Positions 19,501-28,298 of a DNA stretch of 64,000 bases are shown piece after piece. Made by a program: the position numbers and the translations under genes. The stretch comes from Roseibacillus sp. (GTDB lineage Bacteria; Verrucomicrobiota; Verrucomicrobiia; Verrucomicrobiales; Akkermansiaceae), in assembly GCA_965242925.1 (NCBI GenBank), contig CBDEUM010000029.1, positions 320,001 through 384,000 of the forward strand. The letters run 5' to 3'. Position 1 is the stretch's first letter. Every line of letters starts with the position of its first letter. The notes below the pieces were generated by a model, which worked only from the letters and a program-made list of their open reading frames with translations, had not been told where the DNA came from and made no database searches.

Positions 19501-20596
19501 GCGGGGTGACGGGCTCCTGCCACTTCCGGATGAGTCCGAGGTGGCCCACCTTGTTGAATCTCCATAGCTGGTCCTGCCAGCTCCGCACCTCGGCGGCCAG
19601 TCCGGCGGCGTCCGCGGGCGAGGCCCGGACCAGTTGTTTCCGGAGATGATCGAGCAGGAAGGAACCGGTCTGCTGAGGGCGGAGCAGGGTCTGAGTAAGA
19701 ATGCCGAGATATTTCGAACTGAGACCCGCTTCATGCGCGATTGGACCTGCTCGTTCCGGATCATCACGCAGCGTGTCCCGGTGCCTAATCAGAGCGGTAA
19801 AGTAGGGCTGCAGGTTGACCCGGCCCTCGCCCACGCCCTCTGGCGACGCGGAGCGCACCTGATCGTTGTATTCGAAGTTGATCCTGTCGCCTCCAGTGGC
19901 CTTGAGGTAGGTGGAACGCAGTTCGTTCAGTAACTCGCTGGCATGATCAGCACGCGAGGTGCCGGTCGAAAAACGGATTCCCTCCGGAAACAGGACCAGA
20001 TGCCTGGCGATTTCCTTGCCTGCCTCCAGATATTTCTCGAAGAGGGCGGGGGACATGACAAGGGATCCACCGGTGTTGGTGAACCCTTCGCCTGCGGCGC
20101 TGTCGACGGGAAACTCGCGGGCCGGATCGAGGGAGGTTATCCCGGTGAGATCGCGCAAGGTGTAGGTATACTCCGCATTGCTGAGACGACGGAGGATCAC
20201 GGGGCCGGGATCGCCGGCCTGGGCCCGGGCTTCCGCGCGGAGATAGGTTTTCGCCCATTTGAGGAAGGTGGCGTGTTCCGCGGGGCTGGGGTAGGAGGTG
20301 TTATTCTTTTTCGACTTCTTTTCGGGAGGCATTTCGCCGGTCTCAAGCTGATAGGCGATCTTCTGCCAGGTCTTCGAATCACGGCGCACGGCGTCGAGAT
20401 TGACGAAACTTTCGAGGTCAAGTTCACCCTCGTTGGAGGCCTCGTCGTGGCAGTCGAGGCAATAACGACTCAGGAGTGGAAGGATAGTGGTGTCGTATTC
20501 CTTTTCGAGGGTGGCGAAGTCCGGTGCCGGAGCCGACCAGACGAGACCCAGGCCCGTGGCTGAAATGGCGAGTAGGCCGTGAGTGAAAGACTTCAT
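16511..20596 (-). CDS. Planctomycete-type cytochrome c / DUF1587-DUF1592-DUF1588-DUF1585 multidomain protein
   Basis: Signal peptide, YCLDCH..GEMPP, LRRLSNAEY.YTLRDL, EMATRLSYFL, TSPILRG.WI...LLG, CAKCH..IDPYGFALE.FD, KLLGYALGR. Confidence 0.92.
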   Translation of the reverse strand: MKSFTHGLLAISATGLGLVWSAPAPDFATLEKEYDTTILPLLSRYCLDCHDEASNEGELDLESFVNLDAVRRDSKTWQKIAYQLETGEMPPEKKSKKNNTSYPSPAEHATFLKWAKTYLRAEARAQAGDPGPVILRRLSNAEYTYTLRDLTGITSLDPAREFPVDSAAGEGFTNTGGSLVMSPALFEKYLEAGKEIARHLVLFPEGIRFSTGTSRADHASELLNELRSTYLKATGGDRINFEYNDQVRSASPEGVGEGRVNLQPYFTALIRHRDTLRDDPERAGPIAHEAGLSSKYLGILTQTLLRPQQTGSFLLDHLRKQLVRASPADAAGLAAEVRSWQDQLWRFNKVGHLGLIRKWQEPVTPLASHHDIRVKLTPGTNSIHLIGRHLGNGGKVQWQQPRIVRPGKDPIFLRDLEAAAAEVELLRGRSLARTADYLAAASELRRSGDAANLSRVAGERSLHPGVLAGWASYLGISGGRLKIGEHLNEKIPAVRDYDFVNGWTLKGVADYSLLGNSSDQAVRIPGHLRPHHIVTHPRPERWIATGWMSPFTGQVKVTPHVQDAHGSCGNGVAWSVNLRRAGLTRILRSANLDQGQTARIEPVSALDVRKGDLLSIIIGARDNNHSCDLTEIDLTIEELGGTQRKWSLSGDCADDMLAGNPHPDHHGHPAVWHFYGGMNDSRPKESGVLPDSILERWLREKDPARSNEIALRVQELLHDSPADQASESDRATHQHLTSLQGPLFSALDFAELARRQQQNGRQDDRFDKDGNLIVPAGSPLEFKLPPTLVTGAEFVARGTINPSGGEKAVVQLQGGPGPAPRQDTATLDPSLPLVVQSGPGSMENMKRALDEYRNLFPAAMCYARIVPADEVVTLLLYHREDEHLERLMLDEHEMKKIDALWKQLRFVKREPHRLVTAYEQIWQFATQDADPSKFEPMETAIRKRAAGLDRQLLSAEKRHLEALTTFASTLYRRPLTSEELQAVPALYARLRAEKFSHEKACRLTLARLFSSAPFLYKTETPALEPTQGPINNWEMATRLSYFLSSSTPDIHLLTVARNEAFTDEVLIRETRRMLDDDGTRRLAIHFGCQWLNIRDFDQHQEKNEKLYPEFAKLRGKMYEEAVRFFTDFFQNNRSILSLLNSDHTFADAELARFYRLPPPTGGWQRVSGLRRLNRGGILGFASTLAKHSGASRTSPILRGTWISETLLGEKLPKPPKDVPTLPDQVPTGLTARELIQKHSSEPACAKCHDRIDPYGFALEAFDTIGRSREGRDTSATLPDGAAIRGLDGLRTYLLEERGDTFVRYFCRKLLGYALGREVQLSDEPLLDELMVRLKGDDYRVRTLVETIVLSRQFREIRSAPE

Positions 20597-20705
20597 GGAG
20601 CCGGGTTTTGTCCGGGTGATCCCAAGCTAGGCCAGTTGAGACCAGGGAATCAATCCCGTCAAGGTCGCGCTTGGCGCGGATCAACGGACATATTATGAGT
20701 CGCCT

Positions 20706-22736
20706 GTGCGGATGCTTGGCGCGGTGCAGGATCGACAAGGTGAGGGACAGCGGTTCGTTGTTCCGTTCCTTCTCTTTCGGGTGTGTTGGGGGATGGTCCT
20801 GCTTTTTTCGACCCTGACTGCGGCCGGGGAGGCGGGCAGGCGGGGGTTGATCCTGCGCCTGGACTCTTCGACAGGCCAGAGCGATGCCCGGGTGGTTCGT
20901 TCGGTAGCGCTCCATGTTCCCGTCGGTCAGAGCGTTTCACCCTTTCTCCAGGCCGGAACGTTTGCCGCCAGATGGGAAGGCAAGCTGGTCCTGGAGAAAC
21001 GGAGCCGGCTGATCTTCCATCTGGATGGAACCGGCCGGGCCAGATTGCTCATTGATGGTGAGGTCATGGTTGGCGCAATCGGGACGATGAGCGAATCCGA
21101 GCGGCTGCGGAGTGGGGAACATGAGTTCGTGGTGGAGTATACGCCGCCGCCGGAGGGTGTTGCCGCCTTGCGGCTTTTTTGGGAGGGGCGCGACTTCGCC
21201 CGGGAACCGGTGCCGGCCACTATCTTCACCCACGATCCGGAAGATGCCGCCCTGGAGAAGCAGAGGTCCTTCCGACGGGGTCGCAGTCTGGTGGCCGAAA
21301 AGCGCTGCGGATCCTGTCATGATCCCGGTGCCGGGGTGGTGATGCCGGAATTGCTCCTCAAGGCGCCTTCGCTGGACGGGATCGGAAATCGCCTGCGGCA
21401 GGACTGGCTCACCAGGTGGATCAGTAACCCGAAAGCGTCCCGGTCTTCGGCGCACATGCCGGCGGTCTTCCGGGGCGAGGATGCGGAAAAGCAAGCCGCG
21501 GATGTCGCAGCCTACCTCGTTACCGATTCCTCCGGGCTTCGCAGGATGGTTGCGGCAACTCCGGCGCAGGTCAGGGAGGGCGGACATATCTTTCATCAGC
21601 AGGGATGCATCGCCTGTCATACCCTGGACCGGAAGGGAGACGGAGAGCGCCTCGGACTGGGAGGAGTAGGCACGAAGTTCCACGAGGGAGCACTGGGAGA
21701 GTTCCTGCGTTCCCCGACCAGGTTCCACGAGGGTAGCCGCATGCCGACCTTCCAGTTCAGTGAGGAGGAAGCGTCTATGCTGGCGGGGTTCCTGCGTTCC
21801 CTGGGGAAGGATCCAGGGGCAAGATCCCGGAAAGGAGACGCAGCAAAGGGGCAGGCTCTGGCCCGGTCTGCCGGATGCTTCAACTGTCATCAGCGCAAGG
21901 ATGAGGCAAAGGGGAAGGGAAGCAGGATCGGTCTCTTTGCCCTCAATTCGGTGGAGTGCTCCGGGATGCACTACGATTTGACCGGGGAAGAAAAAGCGGC
22001 TCTCTCCGGTTTCCTCTCGCAGAAATCCAACAACGAGTCTCTCGCCCGGTGGGTTCCCGCTGAATTTGCGGAGCGGCAGTATCACAGCTTACGTTGCCAT
22101 TCCTGTCACGAGCGGGATGGGGAGGAGCCCCTGCGGAAGAAATTTGCAGAGGAGGTCTCTCATCTCAAACCGATCGAGCCCCCGGCAAATGAGGAAAAGC
22201 CCGCCATCCTGGCGGGGCCGCCGCCGCTCAATCACCTCGGAATGAAGTTGCGTCCGGAATGGCGGGAGAGATTGTTTGCAGGGCAGATCCGTCCCAAGGT
22301 GCGCAAGTGGCTTCCGGCCCGCATGCCTGCCTTTCCTGCCCGGGCGCATCATTTGTCCATTGGTTTCAGTCACGCGGCGGGGTTTTCCGCAGAAGAGAGC
22401 AAGCGGGGTGCCCTTGATCCCGCCAAGGTCAGGATTGGAGCGGCGATGACGGGCGTAGAGGGCGGGTTGAGCTGCGGAACCTGTCACGGCATTGCCGATA
22501 AACCAGCCATTGCAGTCTTTGAGGGGGAAGGACCGAACCTGCGGGAGGCCGGGGCCCGGCTCACCCGCGATTACTTTCACCTCTGGATGAATGATCCCCC
22601 CCGGGCCTGGCCCGGCACGATCATGCCCAAGTATGCGCTCGACGGCCAAACTCCTCTCACCCAGCACTACGAAGGTGACGCCAGAAAGCAATTCGAGGCG
22701 GTTTATGAATACCTGCGGTCCCTTTCCACAAAATAA
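20706..22736 (+). CDS. PA14-like domain plus pentaheme c-type cytochrome (start uncertain, 20706-20793)
   Basis: FAARWEG...LRLFWEG..F..EPVP (PA14-like). Five CxxCH motifs (CGSCH, CIACH, CFNCH, CHSCH, CGTCH) with distal MP motifs. Confidence 0.88.
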   Translation: MRMLGAVQDRQGEGQRFVVPFLLFRVCWGMVLLFSTLTAAGEAGRRGLILRLDSSTGQSDARVVRSVALHVPVGQSVSPFLQAGTFAARWEGKLVLEKRSRLIFHLDGTGRARLLIDGEVMVGAIGTMSESERLRSGEHEFVVEYTPPPEGVAALRLFWEGRDFAREPVPATIFTHDPEDAALEKQRSFRRGRSLVAEKRCGSCHDPGAGVVMPELLLKAPSLDGIGNRLRQDWLTRWISNPKASRSSAHMPAVFRGEDAEKQAADVAAYLVTDSSGLRRMVAATPAQVREGGHIFHQQGCIACHTLDRKGDGERLGLGGVGTKFHEGALGEFLRSPTRFHEGSRMPTFQFSEEEASMLAGFLRSLGKDPGARSRKGDAAKGQALARSAGCFNCHQRKDEAKGKGSRIGLFALNSVECSGMHYDLTGEEKAALSGFLSQKSNNESLARWVPAEFAERQYHSLRCHSCHERDGEEPLRKKFAEEVSHLKPIEPPANEEKPAILAGPPPLNHLGMKLRPEWRERLFAGQIRPKVRKWLPARMPAFPARAHHLSIGFSHAAGFSAEESKRGALDPAKVRIGAAMTGVEGGLSCGTCHGIADKPAIAVFEGEGPNLREAGARLTRDYFHLWMNDPPRAWPGTIMPKYALDGQTPLTQHYEGDARKQFEAVYEYLRSLSTK

Positions 22737-22740
22737 TATC

Positions 22741-25504
22741 ATGAAGAGAATCCTTCCCACCCTCATCCTTGGTCTCCTGTCCCTTCCGGTGGCGGCGGCC
22801 CCGGGTCTCATCGGGGAATACTTCAAGTTGGAAGACAAACTCGGGGATGAATTCGAAGTGCCGGTGGGCCTGAAGCCGTGGCTCGTGCGGATCGACAAGA
22901 CGGTTGATTTTGCACAGAGCAAGGATGAGTTCCACGGGGCAAAGCTGGCCGAGAATTTCATGGTGCGCTGGAGCGGTGCAATCACGGTCCCCAAGGCAGG
23001 GAGCTACCTCTTTGCCCTCAACTCAAAGGACGGTTCCCGGTTCCATGTCGGTGACAAGCTTGTGGTCGACAACTGGGGGCCGCATCCCATGAAGCAGCAG
23101 AGCGGCACAGTGCAGTTGCGGGCCGGGGCCCATCCCATCAGGCTCGTGTATCACAATACGGACGTGGGAGGAGGGTGCCTGTTGAAATGGATGTCCCCGG
23201 CCGGGAAGCTCCAGACCGTGCCCGCCACGGCGCTCTTCCACGACGCAGGGAAGCTGAGCGATATCAAGTGGGATCAGCAGGCCTTCGCGGTGGCGGTCGG
23301 GCCGAATATCCCCCCGGCCAAGCCGGTGTCGGGATCGCTGCCGCAGAAGTTCGGCAACTTCGTGGGGACCGCGTTGCGGGTGGGCAAGGATCCCAGGGGG
23401 GACAACGTGGCCTTTCGCGCGCAGATCATCCGGCTCGATGCGCAGGGAGCGGCCTGCGTGGCCTTCGATGCGGATACCATGCGCATGGTGGCTGGTTGGA
23501 CGCAGGGTGGACTGAAGCTTGAGGGTCTCCCCTTCACGGGAGGGCACGGGGCCTTCCCCTCCCACAACGGGGCCAAGGTGTTCACCAACCAGGCCGCCCC
23601 GGGGTGGGCCAGCGCGCAGGGGAACCTGGCCGAACCACGTGTGCCGGAGGATGGGAAGTATCCGCCCCTCGGTCCCCTCCCCAAGTCCCAGGCCCACTAC
23701 AAGGGCCTTTATGTCCACGGGGACAAGACCGTCCTGCGTTACACGGTGGGGGCGGACACGGTTCTGGAACTCCCGGCCCTGGAGAACGGGCTCATTACCC
23801 GGACGATTCAGGGAAAGTTTACTCGTCCCGCGGTGGTGGTGCTCGCTGATGAAAAAGGAGCACCCGGGATCCAGGTCGTAGGGTCTAAGGCGAAACCCGG
23901 CACGTCAGACGGTCGCATTGTCCTGAAAGTTCCCGCCGGCATGGCACACTTCAAGGTGATTTATGGAAGCGGGACCGTTCCGGAAACGTTGGAGGACCTG
24001 ACTCTTTACATGAAGGGTGGACCCGCCCGCTGGACCGAGACGGTGACCACTGCCGGACAACTGGCCAAGGACGATGGCAAGGCTTCCTACGTTCTCGATC
24101 GATTGACCGTGCCCTACCAGAACCCTTACGGGATGAAGATGCGCATCGGGGGTTTCGACTTTTTCAGCGATCCCTCCAGGGCGGCAGTGTGCACCTGGGA
24201 TGGCGATGTCTGGATCGTCAGCGGTATTGATGAGAAACTGGAAGAGCTCACCTGGAAACGAGTGGGAGCTGGTGGGCACGAAACCCTGGGGCTTACTGTC
24301 GTGGACGATGTGATCTACACGGTGGCGGACGACCAGATCACGCGCTACCATGACTTCAACGGCGATGGAGAGACGGACTACTACGAGAACTTCAACAATG
24401 ACTGGGAGCTCACCAGCGGATTCCATGCCTTCTGCTTCGACCTGCAGACCGGGCCGCAGGGAGAGTTCTATTTCGCCTTTGGCAGTCCGGTCCGTGGTGG
24501 CGGACGCAGCTTCCAGAGGATGAGCCGCCATCATGGTTCGATCCTGAGGGTCTCGAAGGATGGCTCCAAGCTGGACCGCTATGCCACCGGGTTGCGGGCC
24601 CCGAACGGAATCGGAGTGAGCCCCACCGGCCAGATCACCAGCGGTGATAATGAGGGAACCTTCGTCCCGCGCTGTCCCCTCCACTGGATCGAGCCGGGGG
24701 AGTTCCTCGGGGTGGTCGATTCCGCCGCAGGATTCGCCAAGATGAAGACCACCCCCACGGTGGGACAGCGCCGGGGGAACCGGAAGCAGCATCTTGATCC
24801 CAGTGAGGCGCCCCTGCCCCTGGCCTGGCTTCCCAAGAACGTGGACAATTCGAATGGCGGACAGGTCTGGATCACGAGTGACAAGTGGGGGCCCTACGAG
24901 GGTGAGATGCTCCACTTCAGCTACGGGCAGAGCTCCATCTACATCGTCCTCAAGGAAAAGAAGGGTGACCTGATGCAGGGTGGGGTGGTCAAGATCCCGG
25001 TACGCCCGACCTCCAGTGCGATGCGTGGCAAGTTCAACCGGAAGGACGGCCAGCTCTACGTGGCAGGCCTCAAGGGATGGCAGAGCAATGCCGGACGCGA
25101 GGGTGGTCTCGACCGGGTGCGCTACACCGGGCAGGATGGTGAATATGCCGAGCAGCCTCAAGGTGCGCGACGGCGGGATCGAAATCGGCTTCACCCGGAA
25201 GCTGGACAAGGAACTGGCGGAAGACCCGGAGAGCTTCAACCTCTCGGGATCAGACCTGCGCTGGACCCATGACTACGGCACGGGCGAGTTCCAGGTCGGC
25301 CACCGCGGTTCAGCGGGTCCCCCGAAGGGGCGCACCAAGTTCCCGGTCAAGTCCGCCAAACTTCTCCCGGATGGAAAGTCGGTCTTTGTGGAGGTCGAGA
25401 ACCTGCAACCGGTTCACATGATGCAGATCGATCTCGACCTGGAGACTGACGACGGTGAGGAGATCGTGACCAAGATCTGGAACACGATCCACGTGACGCA
25501 ATAA
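22741..25504 (+). CDS. Secreted PA14 + DUF6797-like + beta-propeller (glucose/sorbosone dehydrogenase-like) protein, with a +1 frameshift near 25130
   Basis: Signal peptide MKRILPTL, PGLIGEYF...NFMVRWSG...SKDGSR, YKGLYVHG, GLRAPNG, DNEG. Removing one G of GGG at 25129-25131 joins RYTG to RMVNMPSS...IWNTIHVTQ* (25504). Confidence 0.8.
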
Positions 25505-25526
25505 GATCTCGAAGGGAGAGGATGAG

Positions 25527-26009
25527 TCAGGGGGCGATCTTCTCGAGGGCCTCGTAACCAGCAACGTCGGGGCTGTTCAGGTCCTCGAAAAGGTATTGGC
25601 CGTTCTCCAAGGTCAGGACGACGACAAAGACCTCGTTTCCGACAACCCTGATTTTAGCAGCCACCTGGTTCTCTCGCCTTCCCTTTCTCGCCTCCACGAC
25701 TTCGGTCACGTCACCGATTGTCTCCTTGGCTTCCTTGAGCAGTTCAGGGAGCCGCTCATCACTCACCTCTTTTTGATTGGTGGCGTTGAGCAGTGGCCGA
25801 ATCGCAGCGGCATCGCCGGCATGGATGGCCGCGAGCACTTTGTTCGCAGCGGTGATGGCAGGATGCTCCTCTTGAGCCGGAGCGGTCTCTGCAGCGGTAG
25901 AATCCGTTGCTTCCGGGGTTGGTTGAGTGGCTGGTTCCTCTTTCTTCTGGCAGCCGATATTGAGGCTGATGATGGTTCCGAGAAGGAGGGGGAGGCTCAG
26001 GTGGCGCAT
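25527..26009 (-). CDS. Hypothetical lipoprotein
   Basis: Hydrophobic leader ending LNIGC, a low-complexity linker, then a small domain. Confidence 0.7.
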   Translation of the reverse strand: MRHLSLPLLLGTIISLNIGCQKKEEPATQPTPEATDSTAAETAPAQEEHPAITAANKVLAAIHAGDAAAIRPLLNATNQKEVSDERLPELLKEAKETIGDVTEVVEARKGRRENQVAAKIRVVGNEVFVVVLTLENGQYLFEDLNSPDVAGYEALEKIAP

Positions 26010-26058
26010 GGCTGGAATGGGATGAGGTGCGGGCTGGCAAATGATTGTCGGGGCAATC

Positions 26059-26760
26059 CTACTTCTTGAGCGGTGTAATATTGATGTTGCGGTAGGCGAC
26101 CGGGCCGTGATCGCCCTGGAACATGATGGGACCGGTGGCGGCTTCCCGGCCGATCACGCCAGAGGGGGTGGGGCCCTTCATCTCGACGTTCTCGTGGAGG
26201 ACCTTGCCATTGAGTTTCACGACCAGGAACCTTGCATTGGAGGTCTTCTTGCCGGTGGCATCAAACTTGGGAGCGAGAAAATCGATCTCGTACTTCTGCC
26301 ACTCACCGGGCTTCTTGCAGGCGTTGGTGCGCGGGGGCTGGGCCCCGTAGATCGCTCCCATGTCACCGCCTCCCAGTTTCTCCTTCCCGTAGCTGTCGAG
26401 GACCTGAACCTCATACTCACCCATCACGTAGACTCCCGAGTTGGCCCCCTTGGCCACCAGCACTTCCAGTTCGATCCGGCAGCTCCCCCATTTTTGATCC
26501 GAGTAGATGTCGATACTCTGGCCGTGGCCGGTGACCACGTTGACCATCGCTCCACCCGCGCCATCGGCCACGAGGGCCTTGGGATTGCCGGCAGCGAGCT
26601 TCGGGGTGCCCGTCACCCACTTCGGTTGGAGGGTTCCCTTTTTCTTGAAGGACCATCCCTGGAGGTTTTTCCCATTGAAAGGCTCGTCAGCAAGGCCCCC
26701 CCCGGGGAGGAGGATCATGGTGAAGGAGAGGCTGCAGAAGGCAGTGGTGAGTGTTTTCAT
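26059..26760 (-). CDS. Secreted DUF1080 protein
   Basis: Start MKTLTT, FNGKNLQGW, NSGVY....YEVQVLDS, GEWQKYEI.F.AP, GPIMFQGDHGPVAYRNI. Confidence 0.92.
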   Translation of the reverse strand: MKTLTTAFCSLSFTMILLPGGGLADEPFNGKNLQGWSFKKKGTLQPKWVTGTPKLAAGNPKALVADGAGGAMVNVVTGHGQSIDIYSDQKWGSCRIELEVLVAKGANSGVYVMGEYEVQVLDSYGKEKLGGGDMGAIYGAQPPRTNACKKPGEWQKYEIDFLAPKFDATGKKTSNARFLVVKLNGKVLHENVEMKGPTPSGVIGREAATGPIMFQGDHGPVAYRNINITPLKK

Positions 26761-26909
26761 GATGATTCTGGTGTTGCTTGTGTCGGAAATTCCCTTGTCC
26801 TGCAATGGGAAAGGCCTTGTTCCCATTCATCCGAAACGGTGACGGATAAATGCACTTTTTTGATGTTTTTTCGTTCTATTCAGGTGTGGTGCCAACGTAA
26901 TGTAGCAGA

Positions 26910-28220
26910 ATGACTAGGAAATCCGTGATCGGTCATCTTTGCTGGGCAGTGTTCGCGGTGTTTGCGTTTGGCGTGGGGGCCATGCTTGATCGAGAGGACG
27001 CGGCAGATGCCCAGAAAGCAAGGGATGCGGTGTCCAAGAGCGGGGTGGGCAGAGGAGAATCGGGGGCCGGCAGCTATGGACAGACGAAGTCGCGTGGCAA
27101 TGCAGGGACTCGCAAGGCATCCGGTTCAGATTCCGGAGGACCGGGGCAGGGACAATGGGCATCGTTATTGACCGAGGAGCAGATTGCGGCTGTTGCCAGG
27201 GAGGCGTTCCGGGATGGGAATCCCCTTGTGCGACGGAGGGCCTTTGACCGGTTACTGGAGAACCTGACTTCCGAGAACGCCAAGGACATGCTTGTGCATC
27301 TCAAGAAGAATCGGGTGGGCGGTGATCAATGGCGGGATTTTCATTACGCCTGGGGAACGATCGATGGCAAGGCCGCGGTTGAGCATGCCTCCAAGTCGGA
27401 AGATCGCGATTTATCCTACACGATGGCGGGGTGGGCCTCGACCTACCCTGAGGCCGCCATCGCTCATCTCAGCAACCTGCCGGAGGAGGACAAGCGTTAC
27501 TACCACCACCTGCAGGAGGCCCTGGTCAGCGGGATGGCTGACAACGATACGGCTCGAGCCACCGACTACGTCCTTCAGTTGGCCAACGAAGGGAATGACC
27601 GGGCCAATCACCTCTTTGGAGTCGTGACGAGGGAGGTTGTCAGCAGTGTCGGGATCGAGGAGGCCGCCCAGTGGTCCCAGAACCTGCCCGACGGGGACCT
27701 GAAGGGGGCGGCTCTCGACTCCGTGGCGCACAGCTTTACGAACCGGGATCCTGAAGCTGCGGCGCAGTGGGTTGAACAGTTTGCCGGCCAGAGCTTTGCC
27801 GACCGGGCCATCGAGGAAGTGGGGGACGAGTGGGCTGAGCGGGATCCGGCGTCGGCGGTCAACTGGCTGGAAACCCTGGGAGAAGGGCGGGGACAGAACA
27901 TGGGCCTGCACTCGGCCTTCGGCGAATGGGCCCAGCGGGATCCGGTGGCGGCCGGGGAGCGCATCACCGCGATGTCCCGTTCCCCCCAGCGAGATGCCGC
28001 CATCAGTGGTTACTCCCGCAGGATCTCCTACAGCGACCCCGGGGCCGCCATCGAGTGGGCCAACAGTATCGCCCAGGAGGGTGCGCGGGTCAGCGCGCTC
28101 ACCCATGCCGGACAGCAACTCTTCCGGCGTGACCGGACTGCGGCAGAGGCCTGGGTGGGCTCCAGCGGTCTTCCGCCTGAAGCGCAGCGCGCGGTTCTCA
28201 ACCCGCCGAGGCGGAGGTAG
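26910..28220 (+). CDS. Membrane-anchored alpha-helical repeat protein (W..xDP.AA..W repeats)
   Basis: N-terminal TM segment, Gly/Ser linker and about nine ~31-aa repeats such as WAERDPASAVNWL and WAQRDPVAAGERI. Confidence 0.8.
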   Translation: MTRKSVIGHLCWAVFAVFAFGVGAMLDREDAADAQKARDAVSKSGVGRGESGAGSYGQTKSRGNAGTRKASGSDSGGPGQGQWASLLTEEQIAAVAREAFRDGNPLVRRRAFDRLLENLTSENAKDMLVHLKKNRVGGDQWRDFHYAWGTIDGKAAVEHASKSEDRDLSYTMAGWASTYPEAAIAHLSNLPEEDKRYYHHLQEALVSGMADNDTARATDYVLQLANEGNDRANHLFGVVTREVVSSVGIEEAAQWSQNLPDGDLKGAALDSVAHSFTNRDPEAAAQWVEQFAGQSFADRAIEEVGDEWAERDPASAVNWLETLGEGRGQNMGLHSAFGEWAQRDPVAAGERITAMSRSPQRDAAISGYSRRISYSDPGAAIEWANSIAQEGARVSALTHAGQQLFRRDRTAAEAWVGSSGLPPEAQRAVLNPPRRR

Positions 28221-28298
28221 GCGCGTTGAGCGCCCCGTGTCTCTTTTTCACTTGCGCCATGGGGGCGAGTGGAGAGGATTTTGATTCAGGGTGAAGAA

